NCBI GenBank assembly: GCA_934660865.1
Contig: CAKUIA010000004.1
Coordinates: 30,001-62,000 of the forward strand
Origin: an uncultured Opitutales bacterium
Lineage (GTDB): Bacteria > Verrucomicrobiota > Verrucomicrobiia > Opitutales > Intestinicryptomonadaceae
Length of the DNA stretch: 32,000 nt
Direction of reading: 5' to 3'
The position numbers were made by a program, and so were the translations under genes. The notes under the pieces are model-generated. The model saw nothing but the letters and a program-made list of their open reading frames with translations, did not search any database and was not told where the DNA came from. Positions 26,040 through 32,000 of the stretch are shown in pieces. How positions within the stretch are numbered: the first letter of the stretch is position 1; each line of letters starts with the position of its first letter.

Positions 26040-28064
26040 TTATTTTATAAACAAACCCGAAAATATGAAGTAGAAGGCAAACGCGATAACCAGAACCGAA
26101 ACGCCCGCAATCTTTGCGCCAACCGACGATTCAAGCTTAATCTTTTTATTTTCGGGCATTACAATTTCCTGCTTTAGGGGCTTAACAAATGTAAGCAAAG
26201 CCATTACCAACAGCGACGCCGCAAAAGTTATCGCCATGCGGTTTAAAAACGCTATGTCGCCGCAGAAGAACTGCAAAAGGCCGTAGGCTATCGGGCTTAC
26301 CAATATGCCCAGCGCGCCCGCAAACCTCGGGGCCTTTTTGCTGAACATGCCGAAGATGAACACCGCCAAAATTCCCGGCGATAGATAGCCCTGAAATTCC
26401 TGTATGAACGTAAATACGCCGCCCAATTTCGGGTTGGCAAGCATGGGGGCAACCATGCAGCCTACAAGGGCGAAAATCAGCACCGCCAAGCGGCCTATTA
26501 CAACCATGTTTTTGTCGCTTGCGTTTTTGTTGAGGTACTTTTTGTAAATATCGATTGTAAATATGGTTGAAGCCGCGTTTAGCATTGCGGCCAAAGAGCT
26601 TACAACCGCCCCCAACAGTGCGGCAAATATAAAGCCCCTTAGGCCGAAACCTTCGGGCAACACCTTGCTTATCAGCAACCCGAAAGCCGAGTCGTATTTA
26701 TAGCCGTACAATGTCTGCTCGTACGACTTGTCGCCGCGGGTGGCCTTATGCTTTAAGTTCCAGGCGTCTACAACATTTTTAAGCGAAAATTCGCCCTTCG
26801 AGTTTGACTGCACCCAGCCATTGTCGTAGGCAAAATATTTTTTATACAGTTCGCCGCTAGCCTTTTCGGCCTTATATTGCGAATAAAGCGCGTCCAAATC
26901 ACCCTCGTTAAGCAGCACCACATTTTTGCCGTTGCCCATATCCACGGTGAAAACGCCCCTCGCCTTTTCGTGGAAGAGCGTTTCGTTTTTCGCGTCTAGG
27001 GCGTCGAAATACAATGTTGCGCAAACCTTGGCGTTTTCGGTTAAAATTTTCTGGTCTTTTGCGGCCGCCGAAGCCTGGTCGGCCGAATACAAGTTAAACG
27101 CCATAATGCCGGGGATAACTATTACAAAGGGTATTATAAGTTTTAGAGCTGCCGCAAACATAATGCCCTTTTGCCCTTCGCCCAAACTCGAAGCGCCCAA
27201 AGTTCTTTGAATTATGTACTGGTTAAAGCCCCAGTAGTAGAAATTGGGAATCCACAAGCCTATTATAAGGGCTGTCCACGGGATTTCCTTGTGGTCGGCC
27301 GGCATAAACATTGTAAGCTTGTCGGCGTTTAGCGTCATAAATTTTTCCATAACGCCCGCGTCTTTTAGCGACGCCAAAGTTTCGGGCGAAACGGTTTTTG
27401 TAGTGGCGATTTCTGCTACGTCTTTTGCGGCAAAGGCGTCGAATGCAAAATATGCAATCAAGCCGCCGCCTACAATCAAAGCCGTGCCCTGCAAAAGGTC
27501 TGCCCAAGCGCACGCTTTAAGGCCGCCGGCGCACACATATATTGCCGCCATAATGCCTATTGCCCAGCACGCCGCCGGCACGTTCACCGCAAACGGAAGC
27601 GATGTGCTGTCGCCGAAAACGGTGTCGGCAACGGTTGCGCCCGAATAGATTACCGCCGTTATGTTTACGCAAACTAAAACCACAACCATAAGCAGCGACA
27701 TTATGGTTCTCGAAAGCGAATCAAATCTGTATTCCAAAAACTGCGGAACCGTGTATATGCCCAGTTTAAGGAATTTAGGCAAAAACAAAAATGCCACAAA
27801 AACCAGCGTAATGGCGGCCATCCATTCGTAGCTGGCAATGGCCAAGCCCGAAATGCCCGAAGCGCTGCCGCTCATTCCGACAAACTGCTCGGTTGAAATG
27901 TTTGCCGCTATAAGCGAAATGCCTATAAGCCACCACGACAGACCCCTTCCCGCAAGAAAGTAGTCTTCGCTGTTTTTTTCGCCCCTGCTTTTTATCATGC
28001 CGACACCTATAACCGCCAGCACGAAAAGTATAAACACCGTAATATCTATATTTGAGAATTCCAT
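26040..28064 (-). CDS. Sodium:solute symporter family (SGLT-type) sugar transporter with a large internal insertion
   Basis: Start MEFSNIDITVF at 28064. YFLAGRGLSWWLIGISLIAANISTEQFVGMSG and GLRGFIFAALLGAVVSSLAAMLNAASTIFTIDIY are present. The stop lies 1 nt from the galK start. Confidence 0.88.
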   Translation of the reverse strand: MEFSNIDITVFILFVLAVIGVGMIKSRGEKNSEDYFLAGRGLSWWLIGISLIAANISTEQFVGMSGSASGISGLAIASYEWMAAITLVFVAFLFLPKFLKLGIYTVPQFLEYRFDSLSRTIMSLLMVVVLVCVNITAVIYSGATVADTVFGDSTSLPFAVNVPAACWAIGIMAAIYVCAGGLKACAWADLLQGTALIVGGGLIAYFAFDAFAAKDVAEIATTKTVSPETLASLKDAGVMEKFMTLNADKLTMFMPADHKEIPWTALIIGLWIPNFYYWGFNQYIIQRTLGASSLGEGQKGIMFAAALKLIIPFVIVIPGIMAFNLYSADQASAAAKDQKILTENAKVCATLYFDALDAKNETLFHEKARGVFTVDMGNGKNVVLLNEGDLDALYSQYKAEKASGELYKKYFAYDNGWVQSNSKGEFSLKNVVDAWNLKHKATRGDKSYEQTLYGYKYDSAFGLLISKVLPEGFGLRGFIFAALLGAVVSSLAAMLNAASTIFTIDIYKKYLNKNASDKNMVVIGRLAVLIFALVGCMVAPMLANPKLGGVFTFIQEFQGYLSPGILAVFIFGMFSKKAPRFAGALGILVSPIAYGLLQFFCGDIAFLNRMAITFAASLLVMALLTFVKPLKQEIVMPENKKIKLESSVGAKIAGVSVLVIAFAFYFIFSGLFIK

Positions 28065-28198
28065 AAATCGAAAGTATTGTAAGAATTTAGTATGCAGCCA
28101 AACGAAATTCTTTTCAAGATAAAACCGCAAAGCAACTGCGGCTTTTGCAGGCTTCGGCAAAAAACTTTACCAAGCCTGCCTTTAAAAGATTCGCGCGC

Positions 28199-28225
28199 AA
28201 AAAAAACCGTCTATCTATAAGACGG
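28199..28225 (-). terminator. Rho-independent terminator after the amidase gene
   Basis: On the minus strand, ccgtct/agacgg form a stem with a 7 nt loop, followed by T8. Confidence 0.6.
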
Positions 28226-28254
28226 CCAAAAATTTTTACGCGAAAGGCGTATTG

Positions 28255-29250
28255 CTACTTTTTTACCGCAGCCCCCCTAAGGCGCGTTATTGTAGTTTGG
28301 TAGCGCACAATGCCGTTTACAATGCCCTGGGCAATCTTTGCGCGGTATTTGGGGTTTGCAATTCTAGCGCCCTCGCCTACCGCCGAAATAAAGCCGCACT
28401 CCACCAAAATTGCGGGCATTGCAGCCTCCGTTAAAACCGCAAACCTCGCCTTTTTTGCGCCCCTGTCTATCGCGCCCGTAGCCCTCTTTAGGGACGAATT
28501 TACGTAAAACGAAAGCAGGGTGTTCCAACAATCCAAATTGTTTGCGGGGTAAAACTTGTTGCACGATGCCGTAAGCTTTGAACCCGACGACGAATACTGC
28601 CCCTTTGGCGTCATCGCAAAAGTTTCCACCCCCGATACCAGGGAATTTTGCGAGGAATTGTAGTGTATGCTTACAAACATGTCGGCCTTTACCTTGTTTG
28701 CTATTGCGGTTCTGCCGTCAAGGGGAATGTATATGTCGCTTTTGCGCGTAAACACAACGTTGTATCCGCGCTTTATAAGCAATGTTGCCACCCGGTTTGC
28801 CATGTCCAAGGTAAGCGACTTTTCCACCAAATTGTATTTTTTGTTGAAAGCCCCCCTGTCTTTGCCGCCGTGGCCCGCGTCTATTACAATCTTGTTAAGC
28901 TTTAGCCCGTTTTTGGGCAGCTTCGGGTACAATATGCCCTCTATAACCTTGTAGTAGTCTATTTGCGAAACGCACAAATTGCCGCCCAAAAGCGCAACGG
29001 GAAAGCCCAGCCAAATTCTGGCTCCGTTTATGTATATGTCCCTTTGGTTTACTTCAAAGTCTATCTTAACGGCCTTGTTGTATATTGAAACCGTTTTGTT
29101 TTTAAGCACGGTGCGGACTTTCATAGAGCACCTTGCGGCGATTTTGGGAACGGACATATATTTTATGCCCTTAAATTCGGCGTCGGCAGCCCAAAGCCTG
29201 GGGGCCGCAATAAGCGGCAACAAGACGGAAATAAATTTCCGCCTTGTCAT
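28255..29250 (-). CDS. N-acetylmuramoyl-L-alanine amidase (Amidase_3) with a probable Tat-type signal
   Basis: IVIDAGHGGKDRGA, VSIHYNS and FAVLTEAAMPAILVECGFIS are present. The preferred start is MTRRKFISVLLPLIAAPRLWA at 29250. The ORF is open to 29295. Confidence 0.85.
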   Translation of the reverse strand: MTRRKFISVLLPLIAAPRLWAADAEFKGIKYMSVPKIAARCSMKVRTVLKNKTVSIYNKAVKIDFEVNQRDIYINGARIWLGFPVALLGGNLCVSQIDYYKVIEGILYPKLPKNGLKLNKIVIDAGHGGKDRGAFNKKYNLVEKSLTLDMANRVATLLIKRGYNVVFTRKSDIYIPLDGRTAIANKVKADMFVSIHYNSSQNSLVSGVETFAMTPKGQYSSSGSKLTASCNKFYPANNLDCWNTLLSFYVNSSLKRATGAIDRGAKKARFAVLTEAAMPAILVECGFISAVGEGARIANPKYRAKIAQGIVNGIVRYQTTITRLRGAAVKK

Positions 29251-29316
29251 CGAATATGCCGAATTTGTCCCCATAACACAAACGCTTTGCCGCACAAAAA
29301 ATATGCGGCGGCCCTA

Positions 29317-29952
29317 CTATTCTTCGTCGCCTTCCGAAGAATCCTCTTCGGGGATTTCCTCTTCTATGCCGCTATACTTTAGCTTGCGCTTGTTCTGCTG
29401 AACGGGCGACATCGAAAAGGATATGCACCTGCCCGCAAGCTTGGGCTCGCAATCGGCGGTGCCCATGTGCAAAAGGTCGGTCTTTGCCCTGTTTGCAATT
29501 TCAAAGGCCTTGTCCTTATACTCCATTTCGCGGCCGCGCATAAATACCGAAATTTTAAGCTTGTTGCCCGCAAACAAAAACCTTTCGGCGCTGCGGATTT
29601 TCGTCATATAGTCGTGCATTTCCGTCATCGGGCGGAACTTGACTTCCTTAAGCTTCGGCGCGCTCGACTTGTTCGACTTCTGCTTTTTCGACTCTTCGTA
29701 CATATACTTGCCGTAGTCTACAATGCGGCATACGGGAGGCTGCGCCGTCGGCGAAATTTCCACCAAATCCAAACCCATGCGCTGGGCAATCTGCAAGGCT
29801 TCGTAGGGGGGCATAACGCCCACCTGTTTTCCGTCGGGGCCTATAACCCTTACCGTGCGCGGCCCTCTAATTCTTTCGTTCTTTCTCGGGCCGAAGCTTT
29901 TGTTTTTGTTGTAATACGGTTTTTGTCCGCTTTGGTTTGGCTTTGTTATCAT
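29317..29952 (-). CDS. infC: Translation initiation factor IF-3, with N- and C-terminal extensions
   Basis: The core reads NERIRGPRTVRVIGPDGKQVGVMPPYEALQIAQRMGLDLVEISPTAQPPVCRIVDYGKY. The ORF starts with ATG. Confidence 0.9.
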   Translation of the reverse strand: MITKPNQSGQKPYYNKNKSFGPRKNERIRGPRTVRVIGPDGKQVGVMPPYEALQIAQRMGLDLVEISPTAQPPVCRIVDYGKYMYEESKKQKSNKSSAPKLKEVKFRPMTEMHDYMTKIRSAERFLFAGNKLKISVFMRGREMEYKDKAFEIANRAKTDLLHMGTADCEPKLAGRCISFSMSPVQQNKRKLKYSGIEEEIPEEDSSEGDEE

Positions 29953-30029
29953 TAATTGTGTTTTGTTTTTATTAGCTCTTAAAATTCAATTAGCTTTAAA
30001 AAAAATTTTCAACCTTTTTTTGGCGCAAA

Positions 30030-30617
30030 TTACAAAGAGTCTACAATGCCGTCTGCCAGGCCGTATTCGACCGCCTCTTTGGCCGTCATAAAGAAATCCC
30101 TGTCGGTGTCTTTGCGGATTTTTTCGAGCGGCTGGCCCGAGGCGTCCGACAATATCTTGTTTAGGATATCCCTCATTCTTTCCATTTCGCGCGCCTGAAT
30201 GTGAATGTCTACGGCAGTTCCGCTAAATTCGCCCATAATGAGTGGCTGGTGTATCATAACGCTTGCGTTGGGGAACAAAAACCTTTTGCCCTTTTTTGCC
30301 GCGCTTAAAAGAATGGAGCCCATGCTCATTGCAATGCCGGTTACCACAATCTTTACGGGCGCACTTATAAGCTTTATGGTGTCGTATAGCGCCATGCCCG
30401 CGTTTATCGAGCCGCCGGGGGTGCTTAGGTATATGGTAATTTCGGCCTTTTTGTCCATCATATCCAGATACAAAAGCTTTTTTACCGCATCCGCGCACGA
30501 TTCGTCGTTAACTTCGCCGAAAAAGAATATCTTTCGCTCGTCTATAAATTTTTTTTGTATTTGCTGGGCAATAGCTTCGCTATTCTTCTCTTTTTTGTCG
30601 CATTCTTCGTTTTTCAT
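30030..30617 (-). CDS. clpP: ClpP-family serine protease subunit with a divergent N-terminus
   Basis: GIAMSMGSILLSA supplies the Ser, VMIHQP the His and DTDRDFFMTAKEAVEYGLADGIV the Asp. The N-terminus lacks the canonical axial-loop sequence. Confidence 0.85.
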   Translation of the reverse strand: MKNEECDKKEKNSEAIAQQIQKKFIDERKIFFFGEVNDESCADAVKKLLYLDMMDKKAEITIYLSTPGGSINAGMALYDTIKLISAPVKIVVTGIAMSMGSILLSAAKKGKRFLFPNASVMIHQPLIMGEFSGTAVDIHIQAREMERMRDILNKILSDASGQPLEKIRKDTDRDFFMTAKEAVEYGLADGIVDSL

Positions 30618-30622
30618 AAATC

Positions 30623-31231
30623 CTATTTTTTTGATATTTCAAATATGGCGTAGCCCGCAAAAAGGTTGGGCATAAATTTGCAGGGGCTTTGCCAGTTGCC
30701 TTTTAAAAAGTGCCTTTTTTCTATCACTATGCCGTTATCGGCGCAGTATTTTTCGAAAGACTTAACGCTAATGTCGTTTGTGGGAACTGCGCTAGACCAT
30801 TCTTCGGGGTAAACTTCGTTTAAAACGCGGCTGCCGCTAAGGGCTATTTTTAGCCTGTTAAGCCAAAAGCCGTAGTTTACAAAACCCACCGCAACGTGGT
30901 TGCCCACGCGCAGGGCCTCTTTTATTACGGCGTCGGGATTGCCCAATTCGGGAAGGGTTCTCGAGCACACAACCCAGTCGAACGACTTGTCGGCAAAGCT
31001 GTTTACCGTTTTAAGAATGTCGCCGTGGATTACGTTTACGCCCCTTCGTATGGCTCTTGTAATCTTGTCGAAATCCAAGTCTACGCCAACGGCATAAATG
31101 CGTTTTGTGCGCATAAGCTCTTCAAGCAAAAGCCCCCTGCCGCACCCCAAATCGAGCACGCTGGAAGCGTCGGCAATCCAACTTCTTATTGCCGAAAGCT
31201 CTATCTTGCGCTTGTCTCTATACTTAGACAT
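30623..31231 (-). CDS. metW: Methionine biosynthesis protein MetW
   Basis: The SAM-MTase-like motif VLDLGCGRGLLLEEL is present. It is 202 aa and overlaps the metX stop by 8 nt, the classic metXW pairing. Confidence 0.85.
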   Translation of the reverse strand: MSKYRDKRKIELSAIRSWIADASSVLDLGCGRGLLLEELMRTKRIYAVGVDLDFDKITRAIRRGVNVIHGDILKTVNSFADKSFDWVVCSRTLPELGNPDAVIKEALRVGNHVAVGFVNYGFWLNRLKIALSGSRVLNEVYPEEWSSAVPTNDISVKSFEKYCADNGIVIEKRHFLKGNWQSPCKFMPNLFAGYAIFEISKK

Positions 31232-32000
31232 TTAAAAAGTTCTCTATAATTGCATAAAGTTTTGGCGAGTGAATCAAGAACGAATCGTGCCCCTGGTCGC
31301 TTTCTATTTCGACATAGCTTGCGTTCTTTTTAGCCCTAATTAGGGCCAATGCAATTTCCCTGTTTTGCTCGGGCAAAAACAGCCAGTCGGAGGTAAAGCC
31401 AACGGTCATAACCTTTGCCTTTACGTTTTTAAAGGCCTCTTCAAGCGTTTTGCAGTGGCCCCTTAAATCGAACAAATCCAAGGCCTTTGTAAGGTATAGA
31501 TACGTGTTTGCGTCGAACCTGTTTACAAAGGTTTTGCCCTGGTGGTGCAAATAGCGCTCAACCTGAAAGCTTGGCGCAAACGGATTTTGCAAATTAAGCT
31601 CTACTTTGCGGCCGAATTTGTCGTCCATTCCCTTGTCGGACAAATACGTTATGTGCGCCATCATTCGCGCAACGCCCAAGCCCACCGCGGGCTGGTGTTC
31701 GTAGTCGCCGCCGTTCCAGGCTTCGTCGCTCATAATTGCGTGGCGGCCCACTTCGTTAAAGGCAATGGCCTGCGCATTTTGGTGCGAAGTTGTCGCCAGC
31801 CCCAAAACCCTTTGAACTCTGTCAGGGTAGCTTACGGCCCACTGCAGCGCCTGCATGCCGCCCATAGACCCTCCTATTACGAGGGCAAGTTTTTCTATTC
31901 CCAAATGGTCCAGCAAGCGCGCCTGCGCGTTTACCATGTCGCCAATCGTGTAGACGGGAAACGTTAAATTCCACCTTTTGCCCGTTTTCGGGTTTATGCT
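31224..32000 (-). CDS. metX: Homoserine O-acetyltransferase, with the N-terminus outside the window
   Basis: The frame is open to the window edge (SINPKTGKRWNLTFPVYTIGDMVNAQARLLDHLGI). The nucleophile elbow GGSMGGMQALQW and a C-terminal GHDSFL are present. Confidence 0.9.
   Translation of the reverse strand, partial: SINPKTGKRWNLTFPVYTIGDMVNAQARLLDHLGIEKLALVIGGSMGGMQALQWAVSYPDRVQRVLGLATTSHQNAQAIAFNEVGRHAIMSDEAWNGGDYEHQPAVGLGVARMMAHITYLSDKGMDDKFGRKVELNLQNPFAPSFQVERYLHHQGKTFVNRFDANTYLYLTKALDLFDLRGHCKTLEEAFKNVKAKVMTVGFTSDWLFLPEQNREIALALIRAKKNASYVEIESDQGHDSFLIHSPKLYAIIENFLNV

Overview
This is a gene-dense 32 kb chromosomal window of about 30 protein genes and one tRNA, mostly housekeeping, and I found no coherent novel multi-gene system in it. 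I saw no transposase, integrase, CRISPR array, toxin-antitoxin pair or recognisable defence genes.

The + strand block at 1-6.1 kb carries:
- the C-terminal end of a PEP-CTERM protein
- rubrerythrin
- a five-gene envelope or secreted cluster of unknown function

Two long minus-strand arrays follow:
- 6.1-21.9 kb: GltD-family oxidoreductase, tRNA(CAU), HI0933-type flavoprotein, RNase R, HemX/YpjD-like membrane protein, ferrochelatase, HemY-type protoporphyrinogen oxidase, CinA/PncC domain protein, membrane TPR protein, PrmA, ROK glucokinase, M20 dipeptidase, a small lipoprotein and CysS.
- 24.9-32 kb: GalK, SSS/SGLT symporter, Amidase_3 cell-wall amidase, IF-3, ClpP, MetW and partial MetX.

Between the arrays, on the + strand, lie hemB and two uncharacterised proteins separated by a strikingly AT-rich spacer.

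The PEP-CTERM tag, rubrerythrin, many lipoproteins and the near absence of Shine-Dalgarno motifs suggest a Gram-negative anaerobe or microaerophile, possibly of the PVC or FCB type. That taxonomic guess is weak.

The best leads for follow-up are:
- a membrane-anchored archaemetzincin-like domain that seems to lack every zinc ligand (410-967)
- tandem paralogous lipoproteins inside the uncharacterised envelope cluster (2271-6057)
- an insertion of about 125 aa in the SGLT-type symporter
- a probably highly expressed Lys/Ala-rich secreted protein behind an AT-rich control region
- an N-terminally divergent orphan ClpP

All family assignments come from motif recognition by eye. No searches were run.
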